Source: Haliotis rufescens (Eukaryota). From it: 64,000 nucleotides of DNA. The stretch spans positions 40,548,001 to 40,612,000 of the forward strand of contig NW_025964112.1 of the NCBI RefSeq assembly GCF_023055435.1. The letters are read 5' to 3'. The notes under the pieces are model-generated. The model had not been told where the DNA came from and did no database searches. It saw nothing but the letters and a program-made list of their open reading frames with translations. Position numbers and translations under genes: made by a program. Shown in pieces: positions 52,525 through 64,000 of this stretch (positions within the stretch are counted from its first letter, which is position 1; each line of letters opens with the position of its first letter).

Positions 52525-55500
52525 TTATTTGAGGACCGTAATTGCTCTGGTTTCCTATAATATATCTCTTGGACACAGTCAAACTGTGGAACCATTAGTG
52601 CTTCAATATACATTTTCAACGACTGACCATTGGCTGGCATTCCGACGGCCCGGGCGAAGCTGATCAAAGTGGAAACTGATGTCACTTCCTATTGATTGTT
52701 AACTGACACACAATACCAGAGATGGAGATCCCTGATTTTTCTTACACAACGAGAAAATCAGACAGCGAGTTGAACTTAATGCTCCTTTAAATAGTATGTC
52801 GGTTATTCTTCCGTGTGTCAGCTTAGTGAGAGACGAAATTTTGAATTGACGCAGAAGATATCACTGAAAGGAATATGATCGGAACGAAGCTTCGACCAGA
52901 GTGTCCTGGCACGTCTAAGGGATGTAACTATGCATAGAGAACTATGGCGTAAATATTACTGTGTAACACTACTTAATATTGTAAGTCTCTTAGATTGTAC
53001 ATGTGCTATATATGTATTGTTATCCCTTTATGGGAGTTGTTCGTTTTGTTCTTGTTGTCAAATGCAAATAAAATTTAAATCAAATCATGATCCTGTGTTG
53101 TCTGCCTGATGTTCCATTTCAGGAAGACCTGATGTCAATATTGTCTAGTTATTCTATTACGTGTGACAATTTGACATTCTTCAGGAAAAGGAATATTTTT
53201 CTAATTCTTTAATGTTTTCCTAGAGTTTATTATCACATCTTGAAGCCACTACTTTATAATTGGCCATTACATGCCTACGTACCTGAAGGTAACTAGGGCC
53301 TTGTCTGTTCTGATAGCAAAAGGCTGGATTTAACATGATAAGCAGTAGAAAGAAAAATAGTAGAAATGAAGGAATAGCAGAGAAGTAAATGGATAGTGGT
53401 TGATGAGAAAGTGATGAATTTGATCAAATATGCTGCTTCTATCCCATTTGGACAGAACAAATATCTACATTTTACACATTGCAAGCATATAAAATACCGG
53501 CAAAAGATCATTTGGTCCAGCGCTGGAGATATTCTCTATTTTAAACAAAACCGCTGCAATAAATAGTACAGCATTATCATTCAACCGTATCTCATCTAAC
53601 ATACGTCAACTTTTGTAACTGCATTACTCTGAACCTTCATTCCAGTTGTATCGTTTTTCTTACCACAAATCTGCAATTTCTCTCACCGTTCATCATTTGG
53701 AAATGATTAAATAAACATGTTCTATCAGTTCATTTTCCCGACATGCATGTATCTCATCCAATAACAGATATAAATCGAACACGCCAAGTTTTTGACTAAA
53801 TGTAAACTATTTTCATACACAACATATTTAATTCAAATGCCAGAAAAGACATGTAAATCTGTCAAAAGACGGGGAAAAGAGGCAGTGAACATGACATCAT
53901 GTTGGTAGACATGGAATGGTTTCAGAAGTGATGGAATTCGAATATGATTAGTAAACACAACATGGTGCCAGTAGTCACAGAGATGTTCCTTGTATCTGTT
54001 CATATAGAACAAGATATCCGTTATCATTAATTAATGCTGTACTTGGAAGATGTAGACTGATTAAAATACAGAATAACTGTGTTTGGTCCCCAAAAACTAT
54101 CCGATGCCGATATTCAGTCACTTTTTAAGAATATTCTTTATCGCATATGGTTTGTCCATTTAATAAATAAGCAGTGGTTTGTTGTTTTCATTTATATCCA
54201 TATTTTTATATTATGTCCATATTTCATGTACAATGCAAATTACCACTGTTATAAATAGCATACCACACATGTTAACAACAAATATAACGCGAATCTATTG
54301 CAGTCAAAGCAACATCTTGCAATATTCATTCTCAACGTGTCTCTATAATGTTTTTATATTTGTTATTGGGTATGTTTTCACAATTTAAGGTGTATACATA
54401 CATTTTAATGTCGTAAAGTTTAACTCAAGTTTGACTCCATGCCTCATTTCTAAGTAAGATGAATTCCACATCGTTTATCTGAATCCAGTTTCGATAATGA
54501 CATTTCCACAACATCCAGTGCGACACGAGCTCACACAGCAGTTGTTTTATGCACCCGACATGCTATGGAGAACAATCATATCATTATTATCTGTATTATT
54601 TGTCAATACCCTCAATAATATAATCACTGTACAATTCCAACCATGCACGAAAAGAATATTTTCCAATTGTTGTGATTGAGCAATAACTGCAAATTAATCA
54701 TTTCCGCTGAGTTTCTTCACACACTTTATTCAGTATATAAAGTATATTATGCTCTTTGTGTCAGACTTCAATACAAAACGCATCTATGAAATGTAACTGT
54801 TGTTTGAACATAGAGAAAATATCCATTTCACAAGAACACAAATACATTTACAGTGTTAAACAGATTGTTATAGATTATAGGATATCGGGTGTATGATAAC
54901 CTTTTTAGGTTCTATAACATCGCCATCAACTCAAAAGCATGTGCATAGGGAAACTGTTGCACTGGATTTAATGATCTTAAACTTATCAATTGAAATAGAC
55001 AAGTTGATCATCCACACTATCTTCTTATCAATTACCAGTTGTTTTAGTTAACTACGGAAACAAACTCACTTGTGTATGTAATGAGATATTTGGTAAGAAA
55101 ACAAGCACGTTTCTTACCATATTGATTTCTTGCTTCTTCAATAAATACGGATTAAACATATTAGTACAGTACATACAGTACGTTCATAGTATCTAATAGA
55201 CTAAGTTCATCTTTCTAACGGATATCCATTTTAAACACCCTTGACGCAATTTTAGGATTGTTTCTTGGAATAGGAATAGTTTTCTTCAGGTGGCGCTTTT
55301 CGTTTTATAAAGAAGCCATCATCTCGGCTCTTCATTTACGGAACGTGTGACTTTATCCACACAGCGTCCGCGGAATGAATGAGCCTTGCATGGTGCATAG
55401 TCAGAAGATTCCTTTCTTGAACAAATTCCGGAAAAGATGGATGCCACTTACTCAGTGTCAAACGCAAACAAACTTCATTCCACTTTAGATGATTGTCAGT

Positions 55501-55980
55501 TTCAATGACGACTCCCGACATCACAGTAATGACAATGACCGTAAGTTCACTGACGTCAACAGCGTTTTCAATCTGTTTAAATCATTTCCGAATGCTAATT
55601 CAACTAATTGAATAGTAAAAATCACTGGACGCAAATACCTTACCTAATCTGATTATGTTCTATTGTTTGTAAAGGATTAACTATTGATCGCTAATTTGAT
55701 ACTTAACGGCCTTTAATCCCCCGATCCCAACATGCTCTTTGGCACTTGTCACGTGACCACAGCAGCAAAAGTAAACATTACAGTGTCACGTTCCCAATAA
55801 TGCTAAGAGCGTTGGCGTGACATTGTAAAGTGATCAGTGTCACTTTGCGTTTGGCCACGTGGTATTGGAAAAGGGGTATTAAACGTGATTTGTAGAGAGC
55901 CTAACATCACTGTTCTCTGGCAATTGAACATACAGCTAATGTTCATTCTTGTAACCGGATAACTCATACAACTAAGCAGC

Positions 55981-57374
55981 ATGAAGAGATGTGAATCTGA
56001 GCTCTGTCTCCTTGACAGCGACCTCTTAGAAAACACAACAAACACGTACAACAGAGATAGCGAAGGTGAGTTAATACTCAATGGTATTATGTATGTAATC
56101 GATAAAGTCAAATAAATGAACACATAATATTTGTTGTTCCGTTCAGTATGCTCTCAGCATAAAAAATACTTGTTCTGAAGAAAACATAAAAAACTTCATC
56201 TTTTATATGAAACTATGCAAAGCTCTTTCTAAATATATCTTACTTGCGCATGAAACAAGTGTCCATGTCAAATGAATGGCTAAATTTATGTAACATTTTC
56301 ATGCTCAGATGCAAGATCGTCGGGCTATGAATCGTGTGACTCATTCACCCAGGCCCCGTCACCACCTTCAACTCCATCCTCCAAGGTCAGAGCCTCATCT
56401 AGCGGCCACAAGGAGGTAATGATGTACAGCAACATGGCCGACCTGTCAGAAAGTCTACAGTACATCACTAGTATGCCGGAGTTGTGTGACGTCACTTTTC
56501 TAGTTGGCAACCGGCAGCTTCCCATTCATGGAGTTAAAGCAATCCTGGCTACCAGGAGCAGGTAAATATCCCATACAACTGAAACACGCCAATTGTCTTT
56601 TATTCGGAAACTTTTAGAAGTAAACACCGTGATAAATGTGTGTATTCCAAATTAAAGCACATGCAACAACATGATTATCTGGCAGTAAGGATTTAAGAAA
56701 GTAGCAATGCTTCAACACATACATTTCATCCCTGCCCTTTTATTATTATTCACACGTGCAGATATGAGTTTCCTATGAGATCTGTAGATGAAAATATACA
56801 TAGTTTCCCTTCATCTTTCCAGGGTTTTCTATCAGATGATCTTGCATCACCAGAGGAAGGTCACAGAGTCGGTGAAACCTAAATCTCGACTGAGGATGAG
56901 AGCCAAGTCGTCAGCTGTCAATCTGCACAGCAAACTCCAGATCCCAATCCCAGACTACGACCATGTTGTCTTTTCCAGTCTTCTTAACTTCTTACACTCC
57001 GGCCGAGTTCGAGTACAACTTGGAACAGTCACAGGTGAGCAGTCAAATGTGTTTGGAGGAAGAAAAAACTTTCTGTTTATGACATTCGATATTGTTGCGT
57101 TTACTCCTTTACTGTAATAAACTGTAATATCAACAGTGAATTATAATATGTTATTATGAATATAACATCCTCATATCAATGGCTGCTTCTTATTTGAACA
57201 GGTTTATTCTGTGCTGCCATAGAATTTGGACTGAAGGATCTGCAGAAAGCATGCTGGGACTTCTTAAAACGGTGTGAAGGTGAAGATCAGAAGAGGGCTT
57301 TGATGACGTCAACACAACACTACCTTAAGAAGAAGGGAGCTCAGAAAATCTTGTCCCAAGTGTGCAGGTTGTGA
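55981..57374 (+). CDS. BTB/POZ-domain protein, copy 7
   Basis: Same structure, with a 6-bp insertion (atgctc) just before the intron 1 acceptor AG. Confidence 0.83.
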
Positions 57375-60300
57375 TTATTTGAGGACCGTAATTGCTCTGG
57401 TTTCCTATAATATATCTCTTGGACACAGTCAAACTGTGGAACCATTAGTGCTTCAATATACATTTTCAACGACTGACCACTGGCTGGCATTCCGACGGCC
57501 CGGGCGAAGCTGATCAAAGTGGAAACTGATGTCACTTCCTATTGATTGTTAACTGACACACAATACCAGAGATGGAGATCCCTGATTTTTCTTACACAAC
57601 GAGAAAATCAGACAGCGAGTTGAACTTAATGCTCCTTTAAATAGTATGTCGGTTATTCTTCCGTGTGTCAGCTTAGTGAGAGACGAAAATTTGAATTGAC
57701 GCAGGAGATATCACTGAAAGGAATATGATCGGAACGAAGCTTCGACCAGAGTGTCCTGGCACGTCTAAGGGATGTAACTATGCATAGAGAACTATGGCGT
57801 GAATATTACTGTGTAACACTACTTAATATTGTAAGTCTCTTAGATTGTACATGTGCTATATATGTATTGTTATCCCTTTATGGGAGTTGTTCGTTTTGTT
57901 CTTGTTGTCAAATGCAAATAAAATTTAAATCAAATCATGATCCTGTGTTGTCTGCCTGATGTTCCATTTCAGGAAGACCTGATGTCAATATTGTCTAGTT
58001 ATTCTATTACGTGTGACAATTTGACATTCTTCAGGAAAAGGAATATTTTTCTAATTCTTTAATGTTTTCCTAGAGTTTATTATCACATCTTGAAGCCACT
58101 ACTTTATAATTGGCCATTACATGCCTACGTACCTGAAGGTAACTAGGGCCTTGTCTGTTCTGATAGCAAAAGGCTGGATTTAACATGATAAGCAGTAGAA
58201 AGAAAAATAGTAGAAATGAAGGAATAGCAGAGAAGTAAATGGATAGTGGTTGATGAGAAAGTGATGAATTTGATCAAATATGCTGCTTCTATCCCATTTG
58301 GACAGAACAAATATCTACATTTTACACATTGCAAGCATATAAAATACCGGCAAAAGATCATTTGGTCCAGCGCTGGAGATATTCTCTATTTTAAACAAAA
58401 CCGCTGCAATAAATAGTACAGCATTATCATTCAACCGTATCTCATCTAACATACGTCAACTTTTGTAACTGCATTACTCTGAACCTTCATTCCAGTTGTA
58501 TCGTTTTTCTTACCACAAATCTGCAATTTCTCTCACCGTTCATCATTTGGAAATGATTAAATAAACATGTTCTATCAGTTCATTTTCCCGACATGCATGT
58601 ATCTCATCCAATAACAGATATAAATCGAACACGCCAAGTTTTTGACTAAATTTTAACTATTTTCATACACAACATATTTAATTCAAATGCCAGAAAAGAC
58701 ATGTAAATCTGTCAAAAGACGGGGAAAAGAGGCAGTGAACATGATATCATGTTGGTAGACATGGAATGGTTTCAGAAGTGATGGAATTCGAATATGATTA
58801 GTAAACACAACATGGTGCCAGTAGTCACAGAGATGTTCCTTGTATCTGTTCATATAGAACAAGATATCCGTTATCATTAATTAATGCTGTACTTGGAAGA
58901 TGTAGACTGATTAAAATACAGAATAACTGTGTTTGGTCCCCAAAAACTATCCGATGCCGATATTCAGTCACTTTTTAAGAATATTCTTTATCGCATATGG
59001 TTTGTCCATTTAATAAATAAGCAGTGGTTTGTTGTTTTCATTTATATCCATATTTTTATATTATGTCCATATTTCATGTACAATGCAAATTACCACTGTT
59101 ATAAATAGCATACCACACATGTTAACAACAAATATAACGCGAATCTATTGCAGTCAAAGCAACATCTTGCAATATTCATTCTCAACGTGTCTCTATTATG
59201 TTTTATATTTGTTATTTGGTGGGTTTTTTCACAATTTAAGGTGTATACATACATTTTAATGTCGTAAAGTTTAACTCAAGTTTGACTCCATGCCTCATTT
59301 CTAAGTAAGATTAATTCCACATCGTCTATCTGAATCCAGTTTCGATAATGACATTTCCACAACATCCAGTGCGACACGAGCTCACACAGCAGTTGTTTTA
59401 TGCACCCGACATGCTATGGAGAACAATCATATCATTATTATCTGTATTATTTGTCAAAACCCTCAATAATATATACACTGTACAATTCCAACCATGCATG
59501 GAAAGAATATTTCCGAATTGTTGTGATTGAGCAACAACTGCAAATTAATAATTTCCGCTGAGTTTCTTCACACACTTTATTCAGTATATAAAGTATAATA
59601 TATTTTTTTATGCTCTTTGTGTCAGACTTCAATACAAAGTGCATCTATGAAATGTAACTGTTGTTTGAACATAGAGAAAATATCCATTTCACAAGAACAC
59701 AAATACATTTACAGTGTTAAACAAATTTAATGATTATAGGATATCGGGTGTATGATAACCTTATTAGGTTCTATATCATCGCCATCAACTCAAAAGCATG
59801 TGCATAGGGAAACTGTTGCACTGGATTTAATGATCTTAAACTTATCAATTGAAATAGACAAGTTGATCATCCACACTATCTTGTTATCAATTACCAGTTG
59901 TTTTAGTTAACTACGGAAACAAAGCCACTTGTGTATGTAATGAGATATTTGGTAAGAAGACGAGCACGTTTCTTACCATATTGATTTCTTACTTCTTCAA
60001 TAAACACGAAATAAACATATTGGTACGGTACATACAGTACGTTCATAGTATCTAATAGTTCATCTTTCTAACGGATATCCATTTTAAACACCCTTGACGC
60101 AATTTTAGGATTGTTTCTTGGAATAGGAATAGTTTTCTTCAGGTGGCGCTTTTCGTTTTATAAAGAAGCCATCATCTCGGCTCTTCATTTACGGAACGTG
60201 TGACTTTATCCACACAGCGTGTGCGGAATGAATGAGCCTTGCATGGTGCATAGTCAGGAGGTTCCTTTCTTGAACAAATTCCGGAAAAGATGGATGCCAC

Positions 60301-61487
60301 TTACTCAGTGTCAAACGCAAACAAACTTCATTCCACTTTAGATGATTGTCAGAACACAGGTTTCATTGACGACTCCCGACATCACAGTAATTACAATGAC
60401 CGTAAGTTCACTGACGTCAGCAGCGTTTTCAATCTGTTTAAATCATTTCCGAATACTAATTCAACTAATTGAATAGTAAAAATCACAGATTGTTATAGTT
60501 TAAAGGATGTCGGGTGTTTAACTTTATTAGGTTCTATAACATTGCCATAAACTCAAAGGCATGTGCATAGGGAAACTGTTGGACTGGATTTAATTATCTT
60601 AAACTTATCAATTGTAATAGAGAAGTTGATCATCCACACTCTCTTGTTATCATTACCACTTGTTATAGTTAACTGCGAAAACTGTATGTAATGAGATATT
60701 TGGTAAGAAAATAAGCCCCTTTCTCAATATATGAATTTGATACTTCTTCAATAAATACTAAATAAACCTACTAGGCATAGTACGTTAATTGTATCTAATA
60801 GTTCATCTTTATGACAGATATCAATTTTAACCACCCTTGACGCAATTTTAGAATATTTTCTTGGAATTGAAAAAGTTTTCTTCAGGCGGCGCACTTCGCT
60901 GTAGAAAGAAGCCATCACCTTGACTCTTCATTTCCGGAACGTGTGACGTTATCCACAAATCGTGTGCGGGATGGATGTGGCTTTCCAGAACAAATTCTGG
61001 ATAAGATGGAGTGGATGCCACTTACTTACTGTCAAACTCAAACAAACTTCATTTCACTTTAGATGATTGTTAGAACACAGGTTTCATTGACGACTCCCGG
61101 GATCGCGGTAATTACAATGACCGTAAGTTCACTGACGTCAGTAGCGTTTTCAATCTGTCTAAATGATTTTCGAATGTTAATCCGCATAATTGAATAGTAA
61201 AAATCACTGGAACAAAATACCTTACCTACTCTCATTGTGTTCTATTGTTTGTAAAGGATTAACTATTGATCGCTAATTTGATGCTTAACGACCTTTAATC
61301 CCCCGATCCAAACATGCTCTTTGGCACTTGTCACGTGACCACAGCAGCAAAAGTAAACATTACAGAGTCACGTTCGTAATACTGCTAAGAGCGTTGGCGT
61401 GACATTATAAAGTGATCAGTGTCACTTTGCGTTTAGCCACGTGATATTGGAAAGGGGGTATAAAACGTGACTTGTAGAGAGCCTGGC

Positions 61488-62586
61488 CTCCAAACACACA
61501 GGTTTCGGAGTCCATACCACACAACCAACTAAAACTACACAATCCTTCCGACTCCCAAACAACCAATCAATATTCACGGCAGAACTAATGGGCATGGCCT
61601 CAGCCCTCCATAGTCAAGAATCCAAAAACCACAATAAAATCCTAATACTTACCGACTCCCTAAGTGGACTGCAAGCCCTCCAAAACAAAAATACCAAAAA
61701 CCGACCTAAATTAATAAATCTAATACTTAAAAGCTCCAACGACCTAACTAACGCAGGCAAACAAATAACCTTCTTGTGGATACCCGCCCACGTAGGAATA
61801 TACGGTAATGAAAACGCCGATAAGGCAGCTAAACTATCCCTCAAAATCCCAGAAATAAGCTTAAACTTACCCATCTCAAAATCAGAAATTAAAAGTGTAA
61901 ATAAGCAAAAAATCACCAAAAAATGGCATAACCTATATCTTAACTCAAATAGCCAAATCAAAAAGGTACTCAGCAAACCACTAACCAAACCAAAAATTCA
62001 CCATCCATCAAAAAAAATCGACAGAGTAATCACTAAACTCCAAACAGGACACACCAACCTAAATAACCACCTAAAAAAAATAAAAAAACATACTACAGGT
62101 AACTGCCCACACTGCAAACAACTAGAAACCCCAGAACACGCACTCATCTACTGCACACACTACCTAACACATCGAACCGCATTACAAACCACCCTCAATC
62201 TAAACAAGGCTCTCACTCTAGAAGCAATACTAAACCCACAAAATAAACTAGAAAACTTCAAGGCCTTAGGCGTATTCTTAATCAAAACGGAACTAATAAA
62301 ACGCATCTAAAAACACCATAATCCACCAAATCAAAATTACATAAACACACAAACATCCACCATACCCAGCTCCCTTAGTTCTCCTCCCCTACCCCATTGG
62401 CATCTATTCCAAATCTCAAAATTCCCAAATTCTATATAAGCAACCCCTAAAGCCCCCTCTTGGGTTGCGCACACCACTTTCGCCCCTTTCGGAAACACAT
62501 TAAATGGCCTGGCCGGGCCCGTGTGCGAAATACGCATCAGTCGGAAAGCGCACGTTAAATCTCCAAAGTAAGTAAGTAAGTAAGTA
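61488..62586 (+). mobile_element. 5'-truncated non-LTR retrotransposon (I-group/Nimb-like): RNase H domain, CCHC knuckle, 3' UTR and (TAAG)n tail
   Basis: RNase H motifs SIFTAEL, ILTDSLS and WIPAHVGIYGNENADKAAK. C-terminal LQTGH...CPHCKQLETPEHALIYC; stop at 62310. The tail is aagtaagtaag. Target-site duplication AGAGCCTGGC at 61478-61487 and 62587-62596. Absent from the other units. Confidence 0.93.
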
Positions 62587-62673
62587 AGAGCCTGGCATCA
62601 CTGTTCTCTGGCAATTGAACATACAGCTCATTTTCATTCTTGTAACCGGATAACTCATAAAACTTAGCAGCAT

Positions 62674-64000
62674 ATGAAGAGGTGTGAATCTGAGATCTGT
62701 CTACTTGATAACGACCTCTTAGAAAACACAATAAACACGTACAACAGAGATAGCGAAGGTGAGTTAATACTCCATGGTATTATGTATGCAATCGATAAAG
62801 TCAAATAAATGAAATTACATAATAATCATTGTTCCGTTCAGTATGCTATCAGCATTAAATAATACTTGTTGTTCTGAAGCAAGCTTAAACTAAATTCAAC
62901 TTTTAAATGAAACTATGCAAAGCTCTTTCAAAATATATCTTACTTGCGCATGGAACAACTCTCCAGGTCAAATGAATGGCTAAATTTAGGTAACATTTTC
63001 AGATGCAAGATCGTCGGGCTATGAATCGTGTGACTCATTCACCCAGACCCCGTCACCACCTTCAACTCCATCCTCCAAAGTCACAGCGTCATCTAGCGGC
63101 CACAAGGAGGTAATGGTGTACAGCAACATGACCGACCTGTCAGAAAGTCTGCAGTACATTACTAGTATGCCGGAGTTGTGTGACGTCACTTTTCTAGTTG
63201 GCCACCGGCAGCTTCCCGTTCATGGAGTTAAAGCAATCCTGGCTACCAGGAGCAGGTAAATATCCCATACAACTGAAACACGCCAATGGCGTATTATTCG
63301 GAAACTTTTAGAAGTAAAAGTTAATGTGTGTATTCCAAATTAAAGCACATGCAACAACATGGTTATCTGGCAGTAAGGATTTCCAAAAGTATCTGTGCTT
63401 CAACACATACATTTAATCCCGGCACTTTTATAATTATTCACCCAAGTAGATATGAGTTTCCTATGAGATCTGTAGTGGAAAATATAAATAGTTTTCCTTC
63501 ATCTTTCCAGGGTTTTCTATCAGATGATCTTGCATCACCAGAGGAAGGTCACCGAGTCGGTGGAACCCAAATCTCGACTGAGGATGAGAGCCAAGTCGTC
63601 AACTGTCAATCTGCACAGCAAACTCCAGATACCAGTCCCAGACTACGACCATGATGTCTTTTCCAGTCTTGTTAACTTCTTACACTCGGGTCGAGTTCGA
63701 GTACAACTAGGGACAGTCACAGGTAAGCAGTAAAATGTGTTTGAGGAAGAAAAACGTTTCTGCTTATGACATTCGATATTGAATCATTTACCCCTTTTCT
63801 ATAATAAACTGTAATATCAACACTGATTTATAAAAGGTTATTATACATAACATCACCATATCAATGGCTGCTTCTTATTTGTACAGGTTTATTCTGTGCT
63901 GCCATAGAATTTGGACTAAAAGATTTGCAGAAGGCATGCTGGGACTTCTTGAAACGGTGTGAAGGTGAAGATCAGAAGAAGGCTTTGATGGCGTCAACAC
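62674..64000 (+). CDS. BTB/POZ-domain protein, copy 8 (divergent; runs off the window end; promoter interrupted by a LINE)
   Basis: Exons 62674-62758, 63003-63255, 63511-63722 and 63887 to beyond 64000. The frame is intact as far as visible. Confidence 0.8.

Larger units (their letters stand above)
27985..64000 (+). repeat. Tandem segmental array of ~4.46-4.86 kb units, each carrying one BTB gene
   Basis: Identical ORF sets recur with periods of about 4460, 4459, 4843, 4849, 4863 and 4850 bp. Units differ by scattered SNPs and small indels. Confidence 0.97.

Noticed and set aside
29017-60472. Recurrent short ORFs in each unit (MTSVSTL, MIFCRYF, MITDILF, MDATYLV, MFIYLTL, MGSCRLP and others)
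   Set aside because: They recur only because the DNA is duplicated. Several are antisense to real exons or change by indels between units, and none shows a recognisable domain.
61588-62310. Host RNase H gene
   Set aside because: The frame is open upstream to the insertion edge and lacks the first catalytic motif. It is bounded by a TSD and a (TAAG)n tail and is absent from paralogous units, so it is a LINE fragment.

Overview
AT-rich, intron-containing animal DNA. The SINE repertoire and gene families suggest a mollusc, possibly a gastropod such as abalone; this is inference, not proof. The window has three zones. (1) 1-12.9 kb is repeat-rich intergenic DNA with several SINE families, a decayed mariner element, a 185-N gap and a ~2.2 kb array of a 43-bp minisatellite that ends ~100 bp before a start codon. 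(2) 12972-23204 holds an 11-exon + strand gene. I could splice it by hand with GT-AG junctions and matching phases into a 1343-aa type I membrane protein: signal peptide, FAMeT-like (Methyltransf_FA) domain, about 5 cadherin repeats, Thr-rich mucin stalk, TM helix, and a ~545-aa acidic tail ending in a poly-Lys tract. (3) 27.7-64 kb is a head-to-tail array of at least 8 copies of a 4-exon, ~240-aa BTB/POZ gene, with units of ~4.46-4.86 kb. The six middle copies look like an amplified chimera: the promoter and exon 1 resemble copy 8, and the 3' half resembles copy 1. Copy 8 carries a fresh 5'-truncated RNase H-bearing LINE between its TATA box and initiator. One SINE family carries a candidate pseudoknotted RNA motif with compensatory changes. 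All calls were made by eye; no database searches were run.
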